A stretch of 64,000 nt of DNA from Chrysomallon squamiferum. Taxonomy: Eukaryota > Animalia > Mollusca. Location of the stretch: contig CM022671.1 in assembly GCA_012295275.1 (NCBI GenBank), forward strand, positions 2,356,001-2,420,000, in the 5' to 3' direction. Of the stretch, positions 39,803 to 54,100 are shown one piece after another. Below the pieces are notes generated by a model. It worked only from the letters and a program-made list of their open reading frames with translations. It had not been told where the DNA came from and ran no database searches. Within the stretch, counting starts at the first letter, position 1. Each line of letters opens with the position of its first letter. Position numbers and translations under genes: made by a program.

Positions 39803-41877
39803 TTATGAAACTTCTGGAATAAAAACATCTTCTACAATAGAATGCAAATATATCTGGTTGTTGTTGAAACATAACGGAATTTGTTGAAAGTTATTTGATG
39901 AACTGTCCGAGAAACTCTCTAACTGAGATTCATTAATTTGATCATAGTGATCAGTAACCGTTGATGTGTTATCAGACAAAGAAACTGATTCAGGTGCTGA
40001 ATTCGGTTCTTTACGTTGAGCGTTCTTCCATTTCCTGGAACAAAATAAATATTCATTTATCGGTCAATATTTTATGGATTCTGTTGCAATCACATACAAG
40101 GAATTTTTAATACATGAAACATAAAGGAACGGGAAATGACACCCAGTGCATTCATATAGTAACAGAAACACGTGTATGTAGAAAGATAAATAGAGGGTAC
40201 GTGGCAGGAAGAGTAAATAATCCATACAGCTAAAATAGCATATATAGACACACACACACACATACGTCTTCGTTTTTCACTGGCCCTATAACCATGCCAA
40301 TTAAATCAGATATGTACGCAGACACTCATGTACACGCACATACGTACAGAATGAGTGATAATCACTGACTCACTAAAAAATATTTAGTCTGTAGATACTT
40401 TATTTTTTCGATTGTCTCCTTTGTGCGTACACTAAATCTGGCAGATCTAACACTAGCTTACCAAATAATCAAAATAAATTAAAATTAAATACAATAAAAT
40501 AAAATAAGCACAAAAATTGTTTACAGATCATTAATAATAAATGCACAAGAAAAATGAAAGAAATCCTTCATACACGCAAACACGCAGAGTACGAAATATG
40601 TATGCATAAAATGCTATAAATATGTCTGAGTGTAAATCTCTAAATTAAATTAACAAACATTCGCGCACATATTATATTTATTACACAACTGCAGTATAAT
40701 TTCTAACAACTTACTTGCGTATAACATAAGCAGCTAAAAGAACAATGAAAAATAGAACCGCCGTAGTCAATGCAATAATTAATTCAAATTTTGTCGCATA
40801 ATCTACAAATACAAAAAGTAAAATAAATTTAAAAAAATAATAATAATAATTACACGGGGTTCATCAGTGATATACATTATTATCATTTAACAAAACGAAT
40901 AAAATTAAATATTGATAAACATGGCTTATTAGAAATACATAATGAAATCTGTAAATGAAAATGAACATATAATGATATATTAACAAAAATTTATAAAGCA
41001 GTTTTAATATTCATTGTAAAAAACATAACAGTGTAATTAAAAAGTTTCAGATCTTGTATTCTTTTATTTTCTTTCTTTTCTTTTTTTTTTTCCCCATGGA
41101 ATATTTCATTTGGATATCATTAAGTGTATTTGCAACTTCACATATTATGCCATTATATATTTTACCTTCAAGTTTAGGAGAATTCTGCAGACAGTATCTG
41201 CCGGTCCAGCCAGGATAGCAGCCTTCAAGACACGTTCCATCATTTTCACAAAGTTGTTTAATACAGTTTTTACTGCACTTCTTGTTACATGTGTCACCAT
41301 ACCGTCCATCAATGCATCCTTCGGAACATTTTGTTCCAATTTTGTTACAAGTTCCATTTCGACATCCTAAACTGCATTTCTTCTCACATCGGTCTCCAAA
41401 CCATCCTTTAACACAACCATGTAAACACTGCCCTGAATCTCGACTGCAGGAAGATTTGTTATTATTGTTGTAATTTAAAATACAATTCTCTGAACAGCGA
41501 TCTGAACAGTTGTCACCAAAATACCCTTCTCTGCACACGTGACAAATTCCTGTTTGTTTCAGGCAGCCATATTTGTTGCAGTTGTTGCACTCGTGTTGAC
41601 ACTTGGGTCCGAACCAACCAGAACGACAGGAATCTAAGAATAATGACCATGTCAGTGTTTTCAGTGATAAACATATTTTAATATTAGATATTCGCTTTCT
41701 CTCTATCTATCTTTCTCTGTCTGTCTTTCTATCTATGTGTCGATCTCTCTCTATCTCTCTCCAATATGTGTGTGCATTTATAAAGTGTTTATACGTGTGT
41801 GTCTCACTGTCACGGGGCATTCATATCTTCAAAGGATAAAACTTGTATCTTAAAAGAGTAACCAATTATTCCCAATA

Positions 41878-41940
<63 letters not shown>

Positions 41941-43639
41941 TACATTTTCTTTCTTTCTCATTTACTATTCATCTCTTTTTCAAATATTAATTTTTAATAA
42001 TTATATGACCACTAACATTATCTTTTAAAATTTAATAAATTTGTGGTCTACCTTCGGCAATTTTGTTTTTACTGCCACAGTCGGTTCCAAAGTATCCATG
42101 GCGACATTCGCATGAACCATCTCTCTGACAATCTCCTCCAAGACATCCTTCATTACACCTCAGAGAACAGTCTACGCCATACATTTTGTCTTTACATTTT
42201 AAACAGTTGTTTTCCTTGTCACATTTTAAACAGTTTTCATTACAATTTGTAGGTATGCATTGATCTCCAATGTACCCAGTTTTACAACCATGTATACACA
42301 ATGTCCCATCGTAAGAACATTCTGAATGCAGACAACCCTCGCTACATTTTTCACGGCAGTGATTTCCCCACCAACCTTTCTTGCAGCCATCTAGACATTC
42401 TTGTGAAAATTGATCACACACGGGTTTGCTGCCAGAAGGCGATCCACAATTGTCTGGACATTGTTCTTTACAATTCTTGCCGGTGAAACCAGGAGAGCAT
42501 TTGTAGCAAGAACCTGTGACTTTATTGCATCCATCGACATCGCAGTTTAAACATTTAAGAGTACAGTTTTCACCATACCATCCAGAAAAACACAATTTGC
42601 AACTGCCATTGCACTGTATGCAGTTGTATGCCCAGTCATGTGGTTCGGTGAAATTTCTCTCTGAAATAATAAATAAATCAATAAATCAATAAATCAATAA
42701 ATCAAAGAGATAACTTGTATAAAGATTTTCTAACAATGGTCCACAGAGGAAATAGCTCAGTGGAAGGTCATTATGTCATAGGTCGACCCTCTCAATGCGC
42801 TCACTCAGCTATTTGCCATAGCTTCCCTCCCCTTGTGACAAACCGTGGTGTATCTTCTTTCCACATCGATCATAATAAATGAGCAGACAACACAGATGTC
42901 ATAAGAGGTTATGATAAAAACAATAGTACATATATATGCATTTGTGTCTAACTAAATATTTATATATCTTATTATCTCACTCTCTCTCTGACTGTCTGTT
43001 TAACATAATTGCCGTTTATATGCACAAATACAGCATAGAAAATGTATTAGATAATTTCAGATTAATTATTTATATCATCATTAAAAGAGATGGAAAAGAA
43101 ATATTTACCATTACTATTACATATTCCGCTCTGGCGATCGCACTGTTTGCATCTGCTACAACTAATATCACAGTGTTTTCCGTAATATCCCGGCATGCAG
43201 CGTAAACAGAACCCTTCACAATAGGAGCAGTGTTGTTGATGGTTTATACCTAATAATGAAAATAAAATAAAACAAACACACATCATTATATTTATGTATG
43301 TGAATTCGTGTCAGAGTTGATATAACATCAGTGCAATTAAATAAATAAACATAAAAAACATTAAATAAATATATGACAATAACAAGAAAGAAAATAATGA
43401 AGAAAGTAAGACGTAACTGTGTAAGATAATGTAATGTTATGTACGCAAAGCAGCAAAACGTAATGTAGTGTAACATACATACATACATACATACATATTT
43501 TAAAACACATCGATATGTACATACTATAATACCGACTGTAATTGTATGGAAATAACAAACATGATAAATCTTCGACTGCAGGCGTCTTCACTAGAATAGG
43601 TAAAGACATCTTAACTTGTTTCATTAAATGCATCTTCAT
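39803..43639 (-). CDS. R4: long type I multi-EGF receptor (MEGF10/CED-1/SCARF-like), ~566 aa, Tyr-motif tail
   Basis: Exons 43639-43525 (uncertain; atypical leader), 43249-43109, 42660-42052, 41633-41166 (EGF repeats, all phase 1), 40802-40715 (TM LIIALTTAVLFFIVLLAAYVIRK), 40446-40399 (SARFSVRTKETIEKI), 40034-39803 (..DHYDQI..QIYLHSIVEDVFIPEVS*). Open throughout. Confidence 0.82.
42741..42895 (+). mobile_element. tRNA-derived SINE-like fragment in an R4 intron (duplicate at 63850-64000)
   Basis: Pol III A-box-like TAGCTCAGTGG followed by a GC-richer body; no cloverleaf. Confidence 0.45.
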
Positions 43640-46556
43640 TCGATCCGTTTAGCCACCTAAACAGTTAACCGCGTAGAAACTATTTTCTTTCTGGGTTTTT
43701 TGTCCACATATTAATTAATTTACTTATTTATTAATTTATTAAATTAATTTACCTGATCTACCACTGATGTCATAGTGCTATTAGACTCGCGAGAGTTATC
43801 AAGTTGTGCGAGAGATGCTCTATAATTTGGTGTTAATTATTGTTTCTGCGACATTCAGTTTCTTACATAGAACTAAAGATTATTTATTTTTATGATATGG
43901 AATTCTGAAAACATTTACAAATAAAATGACATTTGAACGAGCAGGTAATTACAGGTAAGGAAAGAACAATTAAAACTAAAATGAAAACAAACTACGTGGG
44001 ACAGGTCGGGTCGGGGAAAGTTGAGCCACTCCCAAGTGTGCCCCAAAGCAAACCATTGAATCTGTGTGTTATAAATTAATTTGCTTTTACAGTTTCAGCT
44101 AATGTTTTTCATGCTCAGAAAGAGAGGCTAAGACATGCTGTTAAGCAAAGGAAACGGGTCAAGAGTTAAAATCTTTCCCACAAAGTTGTAAGACCTGGTA
44201 GGTTTTTCACAGCGGCGGAGGAAAAAGTGACTGAATATATACTAACAACGTCGCGTTCTGGCTCCACACTGGATCTTAAAACACTAATAAAATGTCCAGC
44301 TACACGGTTGAAATGGATGGAAACCATCAGCGTTTGTCTTATTACAGGCTGTAACTCTGGCTCTGCTTGTACATTCTGGTTTTGTATTTATTTGAGTGTA
44401 TTTGAATGTATTTATTTTGTCTGTAATACATTGCCAGTGTGGGTAGGTGTCTTTTAAACAACGATGAGGATCTGTATTTGAATCAGAGATTAAATTGCTG
44501 AAACGTGTCCCCACCTGTAGTTATCTAAGTATCTTTACTGGATGTTAAAGGTGGGTTATCTTCCAAAACATAATGAAATAAAAAATATATAAATGTATAA
44601 ATCTTTTTTTATTATGTTTTTTATTATAAACAAGACGGAATTACTTGATTGTAATACTGAGATACTGTGAAACGTGCGCACTGAAGGAAGTTTTTTTTTT
44701 TTTTTTTTTCTAAAGTGAAAATCAACATCTACTTGTCAAACCACTAAAGTACAAATAAATATTCCGAAAACAGTTCAAGGAGACAATTATAATCTTTCAC
44801 AGCGTACTAATTAAATAAAAATATTACCTAATTAAAGACAATAATTATGTTTTCCTGATAATTTGACCGTAAACACACACATATACACACTTTTTACTTT
44901 TTTTACTTACCAACAATGACGTTTAAAACAGACCAGCAAATAATGCATAATATAATGAAATATATCTGCATTGCCAGAATAATGAATCTCGCTGAAAAAA
45001 TCGAAAAGAAAAATACGTATACATTGAATTTTCGTTTCTACATTCTAATTCACACTTGTAACAAGACTTTCGAAACAAGATATATTTTCACGTATCAGAT
45101 TATTTCTCGGTAACGAACGATATTTTTAGGAAATCCCGGGTGTCCTTGACATATGCTTAAACATCTAAACGTAGATCTCATATCTCGTTGTAGTCTAATG
45201 TCTGTTTATAATCATTATTATAATGTTCAAACGAGCAGTCACTGAACAGTATAAACAAATCCTTACGGTAATTCATGAGAAAAGATATTGTAGGGTGAAA
45301 CCATTTAATACATTACTTTTTAAGGTCCGTCATCGTTACAACATAAGAATATTACAACAGAGATTTTTAAAAATTATTATTATATATATATATATACATT
45401 TTAATAAAACTAAATTAGATCATATTTAAAATATAAAAAACAAATAAAAAGATTTTGTTAACTTTTTTCACGTAAGGAAGGTTTTTATTTAATTATTTTT
45501 GTACGTAAAATAGAGCTGTACGGGAAGAGAAAAACCAACAAAAAAAAAAAAAGGCAAAAGAAAACTGTCCATGTCAAGGGAATGATAGGAAGGTACCAAA
45601 CTCAAATGAAATCATCTTTAACATTCAATTTTAACTTTTTATTTAAGGATTTTGTTTGTTTTTTTAAAAGAATAAACAATAAAAAATATTTGGATGTTGG
45701 GAGCATTTCTCAGGTCGGACGAGATTGCTAAACATGTTGCTTGTTTGTTTTTTTTTTTTTTTTTTCCTTTGTTTTTTATCTGCTTTAAATCACACACACT
45801 TAATATATGGAAAAATGAACTTCCTCTACAACCATAACAATGACTACGTATTTAATCTGTCAATTATTTCCATAATGTTTAGATGTACAAAACATAAGGA
45901 GAATTTACACTTTGCCATCCCCCTTAAGAAAACTGGACATTTTAGGACAGATGACCATCTTCCATACCAAAAATCATCTTGACTAGTAAAGCTAATTCCA
46001 GTTTTTTCCTGTCAACATCAGAACATCATTTCATTATCTGTCTTCAAGTCAAAGCCATTGCCAAAAATATATCTATATATATTAAAACAATTTAAGAGAC
46101 AAACAATATTTTCAGCATTATTTTCTGAATGCCCATTATTCTAGCTAGATGTAAGATCACACTTGATATTAATCAAACTGGGTCTAAGCAACCCAGAAAT
46201 GAACTCTCAAGTCCACAGTCAATGTCACTGTTGATTAGTTTTAATTGTCAAAACATTCTTTCATTCACATGCAAACTAGAGGCAATGCCAAAGGTCTGGT
46301 GGGTATACATTACTTAATTTTTCTCAAACTGCTTCATTTCCATGTTTTGGTTTCATGTATTTCATATTTTTTTTCCTTTGGTTTTATTTCGCTGAACAGC
46401 AGAGTCTATGTTTATGCATTTCAGAGAAAAAAAAAAAAAAATACACAAAAAAAAACCACAATCAAAAAAAATACCCAGAAAGATGAGATACCAAAATGTA
46501 AATAATCAAATAACTGATTTATTCTCAGTGACATTCTCATTGATTTCACATTCAGA

Positions 46557-48708
46557 TTAAAGGTATAACTTTATTAATTCATCACTGACAGCTGATGGAG
46601 TCATTACACCAAGGTCTGTAAAAAGGAGAGTGAGATACGCAGGTGGTGTACAATCAACCATTGGATGCTCCTTAGTTAAATCTTGACAAGATTTCAGTAC
46701 AGATGCTTGATACTGGAAAACAGCAATAACATAAACAAAAACATTAATAAAAATAATAAAATACTTTAGAAATATTTTTTTTATATAACAGTGTAAGGTC
46801 CTAGTAATTTAATAAAAATAAAAATTATAATTTTATTAAATGTAGTAAATATATAATGAATGGGATGAAAATGATTTCACTCTTGTGAACCAAATCACTC
46901 AATATAAAAAGATTATTTATCATTTCACAAAAATAATAAGTGAATTCTAGAAATACAAAAATAAATAAAATAATGAAATATAGACAAATCAAACAGAGAG
47001 ATAGATAGATTACAGAAATATATAATTAAAATGAATAAAAGGGGGAAAAGTAGGGTAATGAAAAAAATGAAACCAAATAAACAAAGAAAAAAGAAAATAA
47101 ATTATTTTAAAAAGTGATAAAAATATGAATCTATTTCATGTTACCTTAAACTGATTTGGAATATCCTGCTGATTCAGAGGATAGAGTCGAACAAACTTAA
47201 AACTTTCAGCAACTACGTACACTGGTTTATTCATAGCTTTAGCTGATATGGCCATTGTGTATGTTCCAATCTGTACAGAAACAATAACAGAAGCATTAAA
47301 GTGTACCTCACACGATATAAACAAATGCTGATAACTGTTTTTCACACACCTACATGAATATTTGATTTGTTTCTTGTCACAAGTCTGTATTAATAATACA
47401 TTATTATAGTAAAATAATAAACTTCCACACATGAACTGATATTTTTCTCTTCTCCCCTTGCCATTTTCCAACAGTTTACTCAGGCAATCAGATTTTTAAC
47501 ATATTTCTATTTATGTAAATCTCAGTCCTGTTACATCTTCATAAACCTGTTAGTTTATTGTTATCTTTTCTTGATAGCTAAAACTGACTGTCAGAAGAAC
47601 TTGGAAATATACAAAATATCATCATCTTCATCTTTATTATCTTCAACATTATTATTATTATTATTACATCATTATGGTCAGCACTTATGAATGTTAACTA
47701 GATACCTGTTAACTAGGTACCTTATTTATAATTCCTCCACTTTCTACTACTCCTTCTGCACCTACCAAAACAAGATCCACTTTTTCCATTACATACCTAA
47801 ATAAGCAGAACAAAAATATTTGAAGCAAGATTCTACAAGACTATATTTCAAATAACTGATACAAGAATGCAAAATTATTTAAACACAAAAATATATATTC
47901 AGAAGAAAAAAAAAGAAAAATCAGAAAAAGATATAATAAACTTTAAAAGCCAGAACTGATTAAATAGATTGCCATTATGATTATGAAAAATTAATATAGC
48001 CATATACACAGAAATAGAGAGCCAGATAAACAGACAGAGATGGGGAGGGAGATAAAAATGTGGGTATTTGTCAAGTAAGGAAATAATGATTGTTAGAAAG
48101 AATTAATTTTTGAAAGCAACTTACCCTACTGCAGAATCCAAAACAACAGTCGTGGAAATACCAAGAGCAGATAACTCTTTGTATGTCTGACACCTGAAAA
48201 ACCATAAATGCACCTGCTATTTTCATTTAAACTGAATAATAATTTTCACTTGTTTTGTTGTTGTTTTTCCTTTTTGCTGAAAAAATTAATGCTTCTAAAA
48301 TTCATTTTGTCATGTATTTATTTATTTTTTTTAATTTTATTTTGTCATAGTGTCATCATACATTTTCAGAACCTTACTGTATTTTATTAATAACAAAAAC
48401 TGTATCAAGTATTAAATAATACAATGATCTGGATATATATGAAATACATTTAGAATATTATTCTGTGTAACATCAAGGCTGATGTTAACAACCAATATCC
48501 AGTGTTTTCTTTAAGCCTAGGTTTCATTATCTATTTCAATAATAATTCATTTTCTTTTCTTTTTTAAACAGAAAGGCAAAATGAGAATGAAACAGGTTTT
48601 GTAAGTATATTTGAGAATATGTTTTAAAAAATAAAATAAAATTATAATACATGAAAAAAGTTAATATTTTGAGTAAGATGTAGATAAATGTTTATATATG
48701 TGTGAATA

Positions 48709-48752
<44 letters not shown>

Positions 48753-50877
48753 TAGAAAATTATTTTAAAAAGGTTGCAGGTCTAGAAGGATACTTGAATA
48801 GTTTATAACTAGTTCATGAAGATCATTTACCATTAAATAAATTTTGGACACTATATTATCAGTTGTAACTGATTGTCTCTGTATGCAATTAAAAGGAATT
48901 TTGGATATTAGAACTTTTAAATTTAAGTATGAATTACATTTATATTGATATTTAAGGCCTGAATATAATTTATGATTACAAGCAAGGGGGAGATAACTTA
49001 CTGCTTCATATGTAATAAATGGATGATCTAATCTGGCAATTTTTTGATGGGAACTGGCAACTTTTTGAAGAAATAAATTCCCTCACTGTACCAGAATGTT
49101 TTGATATTCTTGAAAATCCTATAAAACAGAAATCAGTGTAATTAAATAAAGAGATCTCTAAAATAACTACAAACTATTATGTGTGTATGTGAGTGTGTGT
49201 GTGTGTAATTATGATATACATTATCTAACAATGAATATTAGACAGTTATAAAAACTTGTTAAATGCATAATAAATAAATGTATGTTACACTTAACTTACA
49301 GTAACTCAGAAGAAAATTAATAATTTCAAAATTAATGGATCAGTTTATTATGTCTTCTTTCAACAGGACAGAGATAAAACAGAGGAACATTTAAATATTA
49401 ATGGCTACTGTATGACAAACCTAACACAGACTGCAGATCTCTCATCCAAAACCTAAATGTTTTCTGAGCCTCTGAGACAGTGATTGATTACAAATTATAT
49501 TATTTTAGCCTCTGAAATTAAAGTTTCAGACTTGCTCCTTAATGTGTAGATCTTATTGGAAGGTGTGTTTGATAGAATCAATACTTACTGAATGCTGAAC
49601 ATTTGCCAGTGTGTTAATTCTTAAGAAGAGTTCACATCCAGATGAAATTGATGTGACACTGCTTTCTGTTTGACTCAGGGTATTTATAGCATCCTTCAGT
49701 CGAGCTCTCATCTCAGCTAATGTCTCAACTGTATAATAAAAATTATAATAATAATAATAATAATTTCAAAATCTGGTACAAATTCATAATAATAATATTT
49801 AATGAATTTACTTATTAAAATAGCAAACTGAAGGCAAGCACAAATTGTTTTGCACACAAGTGCACCTTTCTATAGTGAAAACAATTACCTTTATTTGCTT
49901 CAATAAATCTGAGAAGAGTTTTAATGGCAGCAACAGCAGCATACATGTCTGGGTCATCTTTGATTAACTTGTCAAAGTAAGTCAAGATATCTGAAACATA
50001 GTTTGTCAAGTAAAAAATACTGAATTTGTTGCTTGTGCAAATAGGTGAGTCATATGTATATTTACAATTTGTTCTTTCATTTGGATTTTTTCACCTGTTT
50101 TTGAAAACATATTAAAAATGAAGTATGCCTATATCTGTTCGGATTCATGGAAGATATGCACAGGTGATGTACAAAATCTTTCCAAAAAAATAGACTAATA
50201 TAAAAACTTTGCCAATAATCTACTCTAATCTGTCATCCAATGAAAACCTGATATTAACCTATAAATATATTTTGTACATTCAGTCTGCAAGATATCTGTC
50301 TTAATGATGCTATGTCAGTATGTGTCACAAAGGAAATTAATACAGAAACAAAATATATTGGACAATTAGAGCAAAACAGATCTTAGCCTCCAATAAAATA
50401 TGGTGAAAATGTTGAAACTGCCAGTTTTTACCATTACTGTTAAATAGTGATATTGTTAATGGATAATCTTGTACAAATACTGCTAATAAAACGGTTTATA
50501 TGATTTAATTACATTAAACAGAAACACTATATTATCGATCAAACTGTGTATACCGCATTCCCATACAGCAGCATTACTCCTGAAACAACCGAATGAACAG
50601 GAAGTAAAGAACAGATGCAACAGTGAATATCAGTGTTCCTGTTAGATTTGTTTTGTGTTAAAACATTGAGCAAGTTTTATAAAAGCATTTCTGTATAAAA
50701 GCATCGTATCAGAGTAACTATAAACTACAGCCCTACGATTCTTAATTATTTTTTCTATTTCAGTTTTCACTTCTGAAAGTTTTCGATTTTATTATTTATT
50801 TTCTTCTTCTTATTATTATTTTTTTTTTCTCATTACAAAAATTTGTTTAAAATGAATGTTATACCTTCCCTATTCAT
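46557..50877 (-). pseudogene. EIF2B1: Translation initiation factor eIF2B alpha, unprocessed pseudogene
   Basis: Exons 50877-50865, 49990-49889 (DDPDMYAAVAAIKTL), 49728-49589, 49118-49002 (in-frame TGA 49083-49085), 48193-48125, 47796-47721 ([15 protein letters not shown]), 47270-47145 ([16 protein letters not shown]), 46712-46557 ([14 protein letters not shown]). The expected 'ILTH..SRVV..VTES' exon was not found and the flanking exon phases mismatch. Confidence 0.9.
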
Positions 50878-51103
50878 GTTCAATAGTGTTCCAGTTTTAA
50901 ATTTCATCCGAATAAAACAATGTTACAGATGCCGAGATAGTGGTTTCGTCAGGAATCAGGGTGGGAGTTATGTCCCCTATTTAGTCACTGTTACGCTGTC
51001 CATGTAGATAAAGAAATGACACGATGCCAGTTCATAGCTTTCTGTTCCGTTTCTCTGGGAGAAGTGGCTGTTACAGTTCATTAAGCAGATATAACTGTTA
51101 ATT
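50878..51103. promoter_or_regulatory. Bidirectional promoter/5'UTR interval between the EIF2B1 and GTF2H3 start codons (226 bp)
   Basis: Divergent ATGs at 50877(-) and 51104(+); locally GC/CpG-richer. Confidence 0.7.
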
Positions 51104-54100
51104 ATGGGCGGTATGCTTCAATATATATTTTTTGTTTCTTTATTTAAGTTTAACAGAAACAGCTTTTTAAAATTACATTTTATAGTTTTACTTTTACGTT
51201 TAAGAATAAACTATTATTATAATAGATTAATAAAATATAAAAATAAATAAACAAATATTGTTTTTAAAATAGACTTTTTATCTGTAAATTATTTATTGGA
51301 CATTCTATTCAGGGCCACATGATCGCTTTCTTAAAAGTAATTATTCAATTTATTGTTATATTTATTTATTTATCTTTTGTTTTTAACTTAGAAAATGGAC
51401 ATATAATTCATGAGCACAGCTGATTAATAAAAAATCAAATATGGTTTTGTTTAATAGTGGCTGTTATTAAATATCAAATTGTTGTTGTTGTTGTTTTTTC
51501 CTATAGATAAAAATATTAGCAGTCTTCTTGTCATTGTCCTGGACACAAATCCTGTTTGGTGGGGAGATGATGAAAATGTGGAAACTGGAAAGGTATAACA
51601 TAAAATTATATATATATACATATATAAAGTAAGAAATATGTTTATGAAATAAAAAAGAAGGTGAAAGGTAACTATAACAACGTTGATATTAACTTCATGA
51701 ATTTGAATTTTGTATTCTGTAATTCCTGTTTGAGGTGTATTTTAATTTTTTTTAGTAAAAGTAGGCATGTATATCCAAAACAACAACACTATAAACATAT
51801 TGTAAAATTTACATGCACACATGCACATTGTATTATAATTAATAGTATAAAATTAATACGTGGACCTACTAATATATGTAATATGGTAGCTTTTGTATTG
51901 TTTTTGCTGATTAGTCTTTCAAAGTGCATGGATGCTGTCAGGGTATTTGCAAATTCTCACCTTATACTCAGTCGTGAAAATAAACTTGCTGTGATATGAG
52001 CACACACAAATCAGACATGAGTTTATACTAACAAACAACTAAATAATTTAATATGTGATTAAAGGAACAGATAATTTATTATTGTATAAATATGACTTAG
52101 GAACAATGCTCTGCTATTTATTATTTTCAATAGTATTAACCATTAAAGTTGGTTATTTCTAAATACTTAGAAAATAATTATACAAATCTGAGTTAGTTTA
52201 TATATCTTCTTTTTAGACTTTTTATATCATATATTTGAATTTATGATAAATTAAAACCATTTCTGTATCCAGATTTTATGATTTGCTTTATAATTCAACA
52301 AAGGAAACCATTCCATTATATTTATTCTTGGTTAACTCTTGAGAAATACACATGTCCTATTGCTTTAAATTAAATTATATTTTTAATATTTGTTGTGCTA
52401 TTTTTTCATGACCATGTAATGGCATATTTCATTTACTTTTTATTTATTATTTTACAATTATGCAACTAAATGTTGTAAATATTGTGGTATGTTGTTTTCT
52501 GCCTTTGGAATGCAGTCAATGTCATTGTGATATATCTAATACTCATTAGTAACATCTGATATTTACAAGTGATTGTTTTGTTTGGATATTTTCACCTATT
52601 TTTGAAAATATTAAACATGAGGCAAAAGTCCTGTAGATATGGCTAATGATGGAAAGTATGAGTTATTTGGTCTGGTGGATGGCTACCTTCAGTCAGAGAT
52701 GAAAAATCTTGTTATTAGCAGTAAGTCTTTATTATAGTTGGATGTGTGGAGTTAACCGTTAGGCCCAGAACCATGGCATATTAATATTATAATATTTCTA
52801 TTTTTAATAGAACCACTTTTCAGTTTTTATGGATATTCTTTCACTGTAAAAATTGAGCTGTCAGATAAAACTTAGGAGAGTGCAACTTTGTAATTTGAAA
52901 AAGAAAATCAGATAAATTAATACATGAAACCACTTTGTCTTGTTAAATTCATCAACAAAATTAAGAACACATCAAATTAAAACTCAAAATAAATGATGTC
53001 TTTGTAATCAGAGAACACTGTATTCTGACTGACTAATTTGGTGGAAATTGTTTTCCATAAAATAAATTCATGGACACTATATTGTACAGTTGTGATTGTG
53101 TGTCTTTGTATGCAGTTAAAATGGGTTTTGGGTGTTAGAACTTCTAAATTTAAGATTGTATTACATTTATATTGATATTTAAAGTCTGAATATAATTTAT
53201 GGTTACAAGCAACAGAAACTTGGAAATTCACAAATTTTATTTAATTTGTATTTTAAAAATTTAGGTTTGGAAACTGATCTTTCTGTTATTTTGAAGACAA
53301 GATTGTACTATTTCTGTGTTTCCCTGAATTGTAATTTAAGATATTGAATTAAAAAAAGAATTTGGACAAATGGACAAGGTTCATTTGATCAGACAGACAC
53401 TGTCAAAAACTGGATTTTTGATGTATAATAAAATGAAATGGAAAACAAAATTTTACAGACAAGGTTTCATGATTTATATTTATTTAGATTATATACATGC
53501 CTACATAAAAATATTTATTACACAGAATGGAGAAACTGGTTCATTTGATTTTAACTGTCTGTGCAAGTGTTTGTGTGTGAAATAAACATTTTGGTGTTTT
53601 TATATTTATTTATATCACATGCCAGACTAAAAGAATATTTTGTTATTTTCTATGTTGGTGTTTTTTTTATTTATATCTCATTGCAAGACTGGAAGAATAT
53701 TTTGAAACATTTTGTTTTAATTGTTTAATCAAAAAAAATTAAAAATTTATTTTTATTGATAAGGAAAATGTTATATATTGTATTTCTGTTCAAATTCTCT
53801 ATGCTGCATATCATAAGTTTAAATATACGTTTCTTTGTTTTTTGGTAATCAAAGGTTCTGAAGACAATAGTACTCTGTATTTGAACTTTGTGAACAATGG
53901 TTTTACTGCACAGAAACAGGCAATCAGTAGTTCAGCAACTAGAACACAGGTCTGAACTATAATACACTTTTTCCCATTCTAAACTAACATCACTTGAACT
54001 AAACATATTTTCATTAAATAATTTGAATGTAACTTTGGAAATATAACTCAAGATGTTTTTTTTGTTATTTTCCCCTGATACTGTTTGTGGAGATTTATAG

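Noticed and set aside
42750-42830. tRNA gene
   Set aside because: Only an A-box-like motif; no cloverleaf or intact T-arm, so SINE-like.
45129-45137. NF-kB-like site GGAAATCCC upstream of R4
   Set aside because: Single short motif with no conservation evidence in the window.
51997-51999. In-frame TGA as selenocysteine or readthrough in GTF2H3 (also 49083-49085 in EIF2B1)
   Set aside because: The positions are not Cys-homologous, and they are accompanied by broken splice sites and missing exons.
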